From contig JAIEQF010000019.1 in assembly GCA_019747895.1 (NCBI GenBank), positions 792 to 64,791 on the forward strand: 64,000 nucleotides of DNA, read 5' to 3'. Position 1 is the stretch's first letter. Each line of letters starts with the position of its first letter. Origin of the DNA: Chthoniobacterales bacterium. Its GTDB lineage: Bacteria; Verrucomicrobiota; Verrucomicrobiia; Chthoniobacterales; UBA6821. Shown here piece by piece: positions 26,966-34,674 of the stretch. Under the pieces are notes generated by a model. That model saw only the letters and a list, made by a program, of their open reading frames with translations, was not told where the DNA came from and did not search any database. The translations under genes and the position numbers were made by a program.

Positions 26966-26998
26966 CCTACAGCCTACAGCCTATAGCCTACAGCCTAC
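26966..26998. repeat. heptanucleotide tandem repeat CCTACAG x4.7 (one unit CCTATAG)
   Basis: Read directly from the sequence. It ends 6 nt before the asnB ATG at 27005. Confidence 0.9.
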
Positions 26999-27004
26999 TT
27001 TAAA

Positions 27005-28867
27005 ATGTGTGGCATTGCTGGCTTTATAGGTTCTGGTGATCGAGAAGTGCTCGTGAAGATGACGAGGGCTCTTGCGCATCGTGGACCCGATGCGGAGGGA
27101 TTTTTCGTTGAAGAAAAACGGGGTATTCATTTTGGGCATCGACGTCTTGCCATTGTTGACCTGACTGATGGCGCTCAACCGATGATAACGGCTGATGGGG
27201 AATTGGTGATTATTTTCAATGGAGAAATTTATAATCACGCAGAGCTGCGTGCCGAGCTGGTTGGCAAGGGATACTCCTTTCAAACGAATCATTCCGATAC
27301 GGAGGTCTTGCTTCACGGTTATCGCGAGTGGGGCGAGGGGATGCTAGAAAAACTCAATGGGATGTGGGCTTTTGCGATCTATGATCGAGGCAAGCAAGAA
27401 GTATTTCTAGCTCGCGACCGTTTTGGAAAAAAGCCACTTTACTATTTTCAGCGCCCTGGAAGTGATGGTGTTTTTGCTTTTGCTTCGGAGCTCACGGCCT
27501 TGCTCCATCATCCGCAGGCGCCACGGAATGAATTGACGTTGGCGCTCAAAAAATATTTTGCTTACGGTTACATTCCAGCGCCGCTTTCGTTGATTGATGG
27601 GATTTACAAACTTCCAGGAGGGCATTGTGGTAGGCTGGATCTTGTCACAGGACGTTGGGAGGTTCGGCGTTACTGGGAGTATCGTCTTGAGCCATGCCAG
27701 ACTGAGCTTCCAGCGGATGGCGGCAAAGCTTGGGGTGAAGCGCTTGTTGAGGTGCTCGATCGTGCGGTAAAACGCCGGTTGATGACAGATGTACCGCTCG
27801 GTGTTTTTCTCAGCGGTGGCATCGATTCTTCAGCAGTGGCTGCGCTAGCGGCACGGCATCTTCCTGCGGGGCGACTCAAAACTTTTAGTATCGGATTTAC
27901 AGATCCTTCGTTTGATGAACTTCCTTTTGCTCGGCAGATGGCAGCTCATCTCGGCTGTGCGCATCATGAAGAAATTCTTGATCTTGAAAATGCGGTGCGT
28001 CTTCTGCCTGGGCTCTTGAGCCGTCTGGATGAACCCATCGCCGATAGTTCCATCTTGCCGACGTGGCTGCTCTCAGGGTTTGCTCGACGTCATGTGACGG
28101 TCGCTTTGGGAGGCGATGGCGGTGATGAGCTCTTTGCAGGATATGATCCTTTTAAAGCGCTGAAGGCTGCCGAACTTTATTCTAAAATAGTTCCTAAAAA
28201 AATTCACCCTGCGCTCTACTTGTTGGCAAGTCGTTTGCCAGTCTCACATCGCAACATCAGTTTTGATTTTAAAATAAAACGTTTTTTAAAAGGGCTCTCT
28301 TTTTCTCAGTCGCTCTGGATGCCTGTTTGGATGGGGCCGCTCAACTTGCAAGAGATAGATAATTATTTTGGTGACAAAAATTCACCGGAAGAAATTTATA
28401 GCGAAGTGATCGAGGCTTGGGAGACTGCTGGTACAGGAGCAAGCCCAGTCGATCGAGCGCTTCAGTTTTTTACACGGCTCTACTTGCAAGATGACATCTT
28501 AGCTAAGGTTGATCGTGCGAGCATGCTTCATTCCTTGGAGGCGCGATCGCCCTTTTTAGACATCGAGGTCGTTGACTTCGCGCGGCGCTTGCCGCACACG
28601 GTGAAGTTTCGCAATGGCACCACGAAATGGATTTTAAAAAAGGCACTCGAGTCGCTCCTCCCTCACGACATTATCTATCGCAAGAAGAAAGGCTTTGGAA
28701 TGCCGATAGGATCTTGGTTGAGAGATGGAAAAATCGTTCCAAAGAGTCCTAAGACGCCAGCTGCAAAAATATTTTTTGAAAATCGCTTGCAAGCGCACCA
28801 ATCAAGAAAAAGTGACGAGCGACTTTTTCTTTGGGCTCAAGCTGTCTTGAGCACCGCTGTTGAATAG
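27005..28867 (+). CDS. asnB: asparagine synthase (glutamine-hydrolysing)
   Basis: It has the N-terminal MCGIAG nucleophile and the SGGIDSS PP-loop. The protein is 620 aa. Confidence 0.9.
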   Translation: MCGIAGFIGSGDREVLVKMTRALAHRGPDAEGFFVEEKRGIHFGHRRLAIVDLTDGAQPMITADGELVIIFNGEIYNHAELRAELVGKGYSFQTNHSDTEVLLHGYREWGEGMLEKLNGMWAFAIYDRGKQEVFLARDRFGKKPLYYFQRPGSDGVFAFASELTALLHHPQAPRNELTLALKKYFAYGYIPAPLSLIDGIYKLPGGHCGRLDLVTGRWEVRRYWEYRLEPCQTELPADGGKAWGEALVEVLDRAVKRRLMTDVPLGVFLSGGIDSSAVAALAARHLPAGRLKTFSIGFTDPSFDELPFARQMAAHLGCAHHEEILDLENAVRLLPGLLSRLDEPIADSSILPTWLLSGFARRHVTVALGGDGGDELFAGYDPFKALKAAELYSKIVPKKIHPALYLLASRLPVSHRNISFDFKIKRFLKGLSFSQSLWMPVWMGPLNLQEIDNYFGDKNSPEEIYSEVIEAWETAGTGASPVDRALQFFTRLYLQDDILAKVDRASMLHSLEARSPFLDIEVVDFARRLPHTVKFRNGTTKWILKKALESLLPHDIIYRKKKGFGMPIGSWLRDGKIVPKSPKTPAAKIFFENRLQAHQSRKSDERLFLWAQAVLSTAVE

Positions 28868-28872
28868 CTGTC

Positions 28873-29097
28873 TTACGCTTTATTCATTGGTGAGAGGAGG
28901 TTACCAATAATTCCTTGCACCATCGACTCTCCCTTTGCTGTAGCATTGCTAGCAGTAGAGCCTGCGTTATTAGCTTGGGATAGCCCTTGTTGAGAGTTCA
29001 CGTTAGAAACCGGATTGCTAGCAGCATTCTGGTTAACTGAAGGTGGTATTGGACTTTGAGAACCGATGGAAGAACTGACGGAAGGTATAGATCCCAT
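28873..29097 (-). CDS. small Ser/Asn-rich hypothetical protein (74 aa)
   Basis: It has an ATG start. Its low-complexity N-terminus MGSIPSVSSSIGSQSPIPPS resembles that of the 30390..31136 product. Coding status is uncertain. Confidence 0.4.
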   Translation of the reverse strand: MGSIPSVSSSIGSQSPIPPSVNQNAASNPVSNVNSQQGLSQANNAGSTASNATAKGESMVQGIIGNLLSPMNKA

Positions 29098-29211
29098 AAT
29101 TTTTTTAATAATTTATACTCAGAGATGAGATAAAAAGAAAATTATTTTTTGTATTCTTTCGCGCTTACTCTTTTTGCTAAAAGATTTGAATTGTCAAAAG
29201 TCTTGTCTTGA

Positions 29212-29246
29212 CCTTCAGCCTCCAGCCTTTAGCCTCCAGCCTATTT
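29212..29246. repeat. period-7 repeat CCTTCAG/CCTCCAG/CCTTTAG/CCTCCAG/CCTATTT
   Basis: Read directly from the sequence. It ends 2 nt before the GT4 ATG at 29249. Confidence 0.85.
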
Positions 29247-29248
29247 CC

Positions 29249-30379
29249 ATGAGCCGTATTCTTGTCCTTTGTTATGAATATCCACCAATTGGTGGTGGTG
29301 GAGGGCGTGTGGCTGCCCAGGTTGCTGCAACTTTGGTTGAACGAGGCCATCAAGTGCGTGTCGTAACGGCAGGTATGCCTCACCTTCCTCGACATGAGAT
29401 GATAAATGGAGTTGAGGTGATTCGAGTGCGTGCTCGGCGCCGTCGCGAAGATACCTGCAGCGTGTTAGAAATGTTGCTTTGGGTGCTTGCGGCTTCTCCT
29501 TTGGCTTTGTGGGAAGCGTGGCGCTGGCGTCCCGAAGTTATCCATGCTCACTTTGCAGTTCCAACGGGAGCTGTTGCGTGGCTGGTTCACCAACTCACTC
29601 GTATTCCCTACGTGTTGACGGCTCATCTTGGAGATGTTCCTGGAGGTGTTCCTGAACAGACTGAACAACTTTTTAAAAAAATCAAATGGTTGACGATTCC
29701 CATTTGGAAAGGAGCAGCGCAAGTGACCGCAGTGAGTAGTTTTGTGGCTGAGCTAGTTCAGAAGGCTTATGGTATTCAAGCTCAGGTCATCCTCAATGGA
29801 GTCCGATTGCCCAAGCAGCAGCCAAAAAAAGAGAATGAAGTCCCAAGCCTTTTGCTCGTGGGACGGTTGAGTGTTCAAAAAAATCCATTGCTCGCTATTC
29901 AAGCTCTAGACTTATTACGCGAGCTTCCTTGGACATTGAGGATTATTGGTGATGGGCCGCTTTCTGTAGCTGCTCACGAAGAAGTGGAGAGACTTCATCT
30001 TCAAGATCGTATCTCTTTTTTAGGATGGCTTTCGGCAGAAGAGGTGAGGCAGGTAATGGAACAAGCTGATCTTTTATTGATGCCTTCGCTTTCGGAAGGA
30101 TTGCCCATGGTTGGTGTCGAAGCGCTCGGGAACGGCCTTGCCATTGTTGGAAGCAGTATTGGAGGCTTGCAAGACATTCTTCTTGAAGGAAAAAATGGAG
30201 CTTTATTCGATCTGACAACAGGAGCTTCTGGTATGGCAAAAGTAATGAAGCCTTTTTTAGAGAACAGGAAAATATTAAACGCATCTCAGCAAGCTTCGTG
30301 GAGTCACGCCGCTTCTTTTGAATGGAGCCATTCCGTTGACCTTTATGAAAGAATGCTTTTTGAGGCGGCTAATCGATAA
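29249..30379 (+). CDS. GT4 (group 1) glycosyltransferase
   Basis: It has the EYPPIGGGGGRVA N-terminus and the C-terminal SEGLPMVGVEALGNG E-x7-E motif. The ATG at 29249 is preferred over the track TTG at 29174. Confidence 0.85.
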   Translation: MSRILVLCYEYPPIGGGGGRVAAQVAATLVERGHQVRVVTAGMPHLPRHEMINGVEVIRVRARRRREDTCSVLEMLLWVLAASPLALWEAWRWRPEVIHAHFAVPTGAVAWLVHQLTRIPYVLTAHLGDVPGGVPEQTEQLFKKIKWLTIPIWKGAAQVTAVSSFVAELVQKAYGIQAQVILNGVRLPKQQPKKENEVPSLLLVGRLSVQKNPLLAIQALDLLRELPWTLRIIGDGPLSVAAHEEVERLHLQDRISFLGWLSAEEVRQVMEQADLLLMPSLSEGLPMVGVEALGNGLAIVGSSIGGLQDILLEGKNGALFDLTTGASGMAKVMKPFLENRKILNASQQASWSHAASFEWSHSVDLYERMLFEAANR

Positions 30380-30389
30380 TCCAACTGGA

Positions 30390-31136
30390 TCAAACAGCAT
30401 TATATTCGCCTACACCTTTAATATGCTGATTGGTGTCCATTAATCTTTGGATGTTTTCTTTGTTATCTTGAGACATTTGTTGTTCTTGCTCCATCTCTTC
30501 CTGCTGTTTATTCATGCGCTCTGAAAAAGCATTTGAGTAGCTTGACTCTATTGTTGGTGGTGTTGATGGCGGTGGTGGTGGAGTGTGGGTCTTGCCAGGT
30601 CCGACTCCAATGCCGCCAGCGCGTCCAGTAGCTCCACCAATCCCTCCAGCAAGTCCGGCGCCTCCAGCGAGACCGCCAGCAAGTCCAGTAGGACCGCCGA
30701 TGCCGCCACCAGGTCCGCCAATGCCACCAGCAAGTCCGGCAGCTCCACCTTTAGCTCCACCAAGTCCTCCAGGTTTACCAAGGCCGCCTTCCAGTCCGGC
30801 AGCCCCACCTATTCCGCCGTCAAGTCCAGCTGCTCCACCGATGCCGCCAGCAAGTCCGGCAGCTCCACCAATGCCGCCATCGAGTCCGAGAGTTCCACCT
30901 GGACCAGCAGGTCCTTCTGGTCGGCCAATGCCACTTGCTATAACGGATTCAGTTGGAGTTATCGTGGAAAAGGAAGAGACAGAAGAGACAGATGGTTCAA
31001 GAGTAAGTAATTGGTTGGAATTATTGGGACTAGGAGATGAAGCCCCTGTTTTATTACTCGGAGAAGGAACGGGACCAGAAGGAGCAGTTGAAATGGAAAT
31101 GTTTGGAGTATTACTAGTAGCGCTTACAGAGGACAT
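30390..31136 (-). CDS. Gly-rich decapeptide-repeat protein (GL[ADE]GGIGGAA x about 8), with a Ser-rich N-terminus, poly-Pro tract and acidic C-terminus
   Basis: It is the longest ORF across a 30-nt-period GC-rich repeat (~30582..30890), with an ATG start filling the gap. The opposite strand also has a Pro-rich ORF, so the strand is not certain. Confidence 0.55.
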   Translation of the reverse strand: MSSVSATSNTPNISISTAPSGPVPSPSNKTGASSPSPNNSNQLLTLEPSVSSVSSFSTITPTESVIASGIGRPEGPAGPGGTLGLDGGIGGAAGLAGGIGGAAGLDGGIGGAAGLEGGLGKPGGLGGAKGGAAGLAGGIGGPGGGIGGPTGLAGGLAGGAGLAGGIGGATGRAGGIGVGPGKTHTPPPPPSTPPTIESSYSNAFSERMNKQQEEMEQEQQMSQDNKENIQRLMDTNQHIKGVGEYNAV

Positions 31137-31150
31137 AAGAAAGATGGTTT

Positions 31151-31300
31151 AATAGACTTCTTTCGAAACTCTACTTTTGACGCGAATTGCGGTGTTGCTC
31201 CGGTGCTCGCGTCATCGAGTATTAACTATACACTCAGCCGCTGCGCGCCGGAAGCTCCTGGCACTTCATCGTCAGAAGCGAGTTTGGAAAGAAGTCTAAT
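31151..31300. repeat. ~145-nt imperfect palindrome element, copy A
   Basis: The arms are AATAGACTTCTTTCGAAACTC... and ...GAGTTTGGAAAGAAGTCTAAT. The core is CGGTGCTCGCGTCATCGAGTATTAACTATACACT. Read directly from the sequence. Confidence 0.85.
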
Positions 31301-31319
31301 GGTTTTTAAGAATTGGTTA

Positions 31320-33257
31320 TTACCGATGAATGAAAACTTGAATAATTCCTTTAGAATAATCAAGTGCGTAATGTGATTTGATATAGGCATAGGTCGGTGC
31401 TGCCCAGTTGGTAAAGCGTGAATGTTCGGTGCCATTAATAGGCCAATTAGTGATAACGATAACAGGAGGATGAAATGTTTCTATTTCTCGAATGGCAATT
31501 TCATCGAAATTTCGTGGTGCAGTGACATCGTCACAGTAGAGGTCATAACGATAAGAAGGGCGATTGGTCATAAAGTTAATTTCCGGGTTGTACGGAAAAC
31601 AAACAACATATTCTCCCTGCTTAGAATGGCGCAGGATGCTTTGATAAATAGCGGAAGCCTCTTCCCACTCGTGTGGTTTTAACTTCACATGAACTCCATT
31701 TTCGCCAAAAAACTCTTTCGTTCTTCCCTCACTGATGGCTATTCCACCCGTTGATTGAGATTGGCATCCATTGATGAAGTAGAGGGAAAGAGTAGCGATG
31801 CCTGTTGCCAAGAACAGGAAGAGAAGTATTTTAAGGAAAATTTTTGAAAAAGGCCATGCTTCTAAGGCAAAGACGATCGCCATAAGAATCGTCACGGTCA
31901 TGGGAACCATGAACTCGCTCAGATGAACCATATCGGGTCGCCAGAAAAAATATTGAGGAAAGAGAGTTAGCGAACACGCAAGAGAGGTGAGGATCAGAAA
32001 AGCTCGATGGCGAGAGTTAGACGGACCTGTTTTTTTGAAAAAGAGTCCCGCTGCCATCAAGATGAGAAGCAGCGAAGTGATGATGGGAAGATAAAGATTA
32101 AGTGCCGTTATTTTTTCACGAAGATCAGACGAGGAGAAAGAGGCACGCAGAAGCGTTGTTTTTGTACTGCTAGATGACGAGGATGGTAGAGTGGAATTGG
32201 AAGGAGTGCTTTGTGTGAAAGTATGTTTTACTGTTGGACTCGATGATGGAGGTGATGAATAAATTTTTTTCAAACCCCGCGTTGCTTGAGTCGTGATCAT
32301 GTGAGGCCACTGCTGATATTGCGTTGCAAAGCGAGGAGCAAAACCGCGATGAAGCGCGTGGCAATAGACAGGAGCATGAAGAGCCAGAAATCCCAAAGCT
32401 CCCAGCGAGAGAGCTGCTATGGAAAGTAATAAGCGACGGGTTACAGGAGTTGTGGCCTCTGAGACAACCCAAGGAAAAAGCAGAGCGAGACCAAAAAATA
32501 TGATGGTTAAGAAAAACCCGAGATCAACCCGAATTAAAAATGTGAGACTGAGAGAGAGTCCCGCAGCTCCAATCCAACCCAATTGTTTTCGATAAGTTGG
32601 ATGAGAATACAAGAATGCTTTAAAAAAAAGAGCCATATTCAACATCACAAGGAAAGCCATGTAATTTCGGAAGAGCTGTCCTGGTAGAATCAAGGTGAGC
32701 AGACCAGCAAGAGCGGCTGCGTATAGCCCGAATATTTCATGCCTCTCAGTCTGCGGCTTGGCCAAAGCCGATGGATACTGTGTCAGGCTCGAATTCTGAT
32801 CGGAGCAGTATGTACTCATACAGCCCCGACCAGAATCCATCACCTTTCTTGTCTCATCAGCTTTTTCCGTCGCCTCGCTGTGAGAGGTATAAAATATCCG
32901 GGCTGGCCGTTTTGTTGTCAACGAAACAACATAAAACGACAGAAGGCCCGTAAGGCTTGCTAAGAAAAAGAAAAAAATTCTTAACACCGTGTAGCTTGGG
33001 CCAAAAATTTTGAACAACGCAACAATCGGATAAAACCAAAAGAGATTATAATTCAAGATGGCCTCAATAAAGGGAGTTTTTCCTTCTAGTAAGCGCAGCG
33101 CAGTGACCCCTTCGACCCCTCCTTCGCCAGACGGATAGAGGCTGCAGCGGTAATAGCTGCCATAGTAGCAAAGGGCGAAGAGAAGGAGTAAGGCAGATAT
33201 CCAGTAGCGCTTGGCGGTTATGGAAGTGTGGAAGTGTGGAAAAGGTGGAGAGATCAT
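31320..33257 (-). CDS. polytopic membrane protein, putative GT-C (ArnT/PMT-like) glycosyltransferase
   Basis: It has about 12 or more hydrophobic helices, an acidic first-loop motif (SGEGGVEGVTALRLLEGKTPF) reminiscent of GT39/GT83, Ser-rich inserts and a soluble C-terminal domain. The family call is tentative. Confidence 0.4.
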   Translation of the reverse strand: MISPPFPHFHTSITAKRYWISALLLLFALCYYGSYYRCSLYPSGEGGVEGVTALRLLEGKTPFIEAILNYNLFWFYPIVALFKIFGPSYTVLRIFFFFLASLTGLLSFYVVSLTTKRPARIFYTSHSEATEKADETRKVMDSGRGCMSTYCSDQNSSLTQYPSALAKPQTERHEIFGLYAAALAGLLTLILPGQLFRNYMAFLVMLNMALFFKAFLYSHPTYRKQLGWIGAAGLSLSLTFLIRVDLGFFLTIIFFGLALLFPWVVSEATTPVTRRLLLSIAALSLGALGFLALHAPVYCHALHRGFAPRFATQYQQWPHMITTQATRGLKKIYSSPPSSSPTVKHTFTQSTPSNSTLPSSSSSSTKTTLLRASFSSSDLREKITALNLYLPIITSLLLILMAAGLFFKKTGPSNSRHRAFLILTSLACSLTLFPQYFFWRPDMVHLSEFMVPMTVTILMAIVFALEAWPFSKIFLKILLFLFLATGIATLSLYFINGCQSQSTGGIAISEGRTKEFFGENGVHVKLKPHEWEEASAIYQSILRHSKQGEYVVCFPYNPEINFMTNRPSYRYDLYCDDVTAPRNFDEIAIREIETFHPPVIVITNWPINGTEHSRFTNWAAPTYAYIKSHYALDYSKGIIQVFIHR

Positions 33258-33293
33258 CAGAATGCCATTTTTTCTTTCTCGTCAGTTTCTTTT

Positions 33294-33323
33294 AAACTCT
33301 TAAACTCTTCAACTCTTAAACCC
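33294..33323. repeat. octanucleotide tandem repeat AAACTCTT x3.7
   Basis: Read directly from the sequence. It ends 1 nt before the cutA ATG at 33325. Confidence 0.85.
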
Positions 33324-33324
33324 A

Positions 33325-33648
33325 ATGACTCCGGTGATTCTTTTAATGACTACCTTTGCAGAAGAAGTGACAGCTGCTTCAACGATTCGAGTGTTAGTGG
33401 AAGAACGCTTGGTGGCTTGTGGTACCATGATTCCAAAAGCAAAATCCATTTATTCTTGGCAAGGCAAGATAGAAGAGAGTAATGAAGTGGTCGTTTTTCT
33501 AAAAACCACACAGGCCTTGCAATCAGCGTGCATGGAGCGTTTGAAGACATTGCATCCTTATGAGGTTCCCGAAATTATCGCTGTCGAACCTACGGCTGTT
33601 AGCGAATCGTACGCTGCTTGGATACAAAAATTTACCTGTAACCTGTAA
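33325..33648 (+). CDS. cutA: divalent-cation tolerance protein CutA
   Basis: The protein is 107 aa. ...ERLVACG...SIYSWQGKIE...HPYEVPEII is typical of CutA1. Confidence 0.85.
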   Translation: MTPVILLMTTFAEEVTAASTIRVLVEERLVACGTMIPKAKSIYSWQGKIEESNEVVVFLKTTQALQSACMERLKTLHPYEVPEIIAVEPTAVSESYAAWIQKFTCNL

Positions 33649-33662
33649 TCTGCAATCTGTAA
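33635..33662. repeat. period-7 repeat CCTGTAA/CCTGTAA/TCTGCAA/TCTGTAA
   Basis: Read directly from the sequence. It contains the last cutA codons and stop, and ends 10 nt before the ruvB ATG at 33673. Confidence 0.85.
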
Positions 33663-33672
33663 GCTTAGCTCC

Positions 33673-34674
33673 ATGAATTCCGAAACACTTTCCATCACGC
33701 CGGATGCTCCCAATGCTTTCTTGGATGTGTCATTGAGGCCTCCCATGTTTGAAGAATTTACGGGACAAGCACGCACGTTGGAGCGACTCCAATTGCTGGT
33801 GGAAGCAGCAACGCAGCGTGGTGAACCATTGCAACACATTCTGCTCAGCGGTCCTCCTGGACTTGGAAAAACAACGCTCGCTCACATTTTAGGCCATGCG
33901 ATGGGAGCAGAAGTGAAAACAACGAGTGGTCCTGCTATTGAAAAAGCAGGAGATCTTGCCGGTTTGCTGACCACCATGCCGCAAGGAGGTATTCTTTTTA
34001 TTGATGAGATTCATCGTCTGCAGCCAGTCATTGAGGAATATCTTTATCCAGCGATGGAAGACTATTGCGTTGATATCATGATTGACCAAGGTCCCAATGC
34101 TCGGAGTGTTCGTCTCAACCTAGCTCGCTTTACACTGATTGGAGCAACAACTCGCGCTGGTATGATCAGTTCACCACTCCGCTCTCGCTTTGGGATGAAC
34201 TGTCGTCTTGATTATTATCAGTCGGAAGAATTGCAAAAAATTGTTCAACGAACGGCAAAGCTTCTTGGCGTTACGATTGACGAGGAGGGAAGTTTAGAAA
34301 TTGCACGACGTTCACGAGGTACTCCACGAATTGCCAATAATCTTTTGCGATGGGTGCGCGATTATGCACAGGTTCGAACTCATAGCGTGGTTGATAAAGC
34401 ATCGGCATCAAATGCTCTTGCGATGCTGGAGATCGATGAAGAAGGATTTGATGAAATGGACAAACGTATTTTGGAAGGGATTATTTATAAATTTGGAGGA
34501 GGCCCTGTTGGCCTTCACTCACTAGCTGTTGCTGTTGGTGAGGAACCTGGAACTTTGGAAGAAGTACATGAACCTTATTTAATCATGCAAGGATACCTCC
34601 AGCGAACGCCGCAAGGACGTATTGCTACGGCGAAGGTTTATCAGAAGTTGGGATTGCCGATGCCGAAGAAATGA
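33673..34674 (+). CDS. ruvB: Holliday junction branch migration helicase RuvB
   Basis: It has Walker [10 protein letters not shown], Walker [11 protein letters not shown], and [16 protein letters not shown]. Confidence 0.95.
   Translation: MNSETLSITPDAPNAFLDVSLRPPMFEEFTGQARTLERLQLLVEAATQRGEPLQHILLSGPPGLGKTTLAHILGHAMGAEVKTTSGPAIEKAGDLAGLLTTMPQGGILFIDEIHRLQPVIEEYLYPAMEDYCVDIMIDQGPNARSVRLNLARFTLIGATTRAGMISSPLRSRFGMNCRLDYYQSEELQKIVQRTAKLLGVTIDEEGSLEIARRSRGTPRIANNLLRWVRDYAQVRTHSVVDKASASNALAMLEIDEEGFDEMDKRILEGIIYKFGGGPVGLHSLAVAVGEEPGTLEEVHEPYLIMQGYLQRTPQGRIATAKVYQKLGLPMPKK

Noticed and set aside
30583-31152. Plus-strand Pro-rich 189-aa ORF (GTG start) and two further ORFs across the GC-rich 30-nt repeat.
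   Set aside because: The repeat keeps several frames open. The minus-strand Gly-rich ORF is longer and ATG-initiated, and it shares an N-terminal style with a neighbouring ORF. The question is not fully excluded; see the finding.
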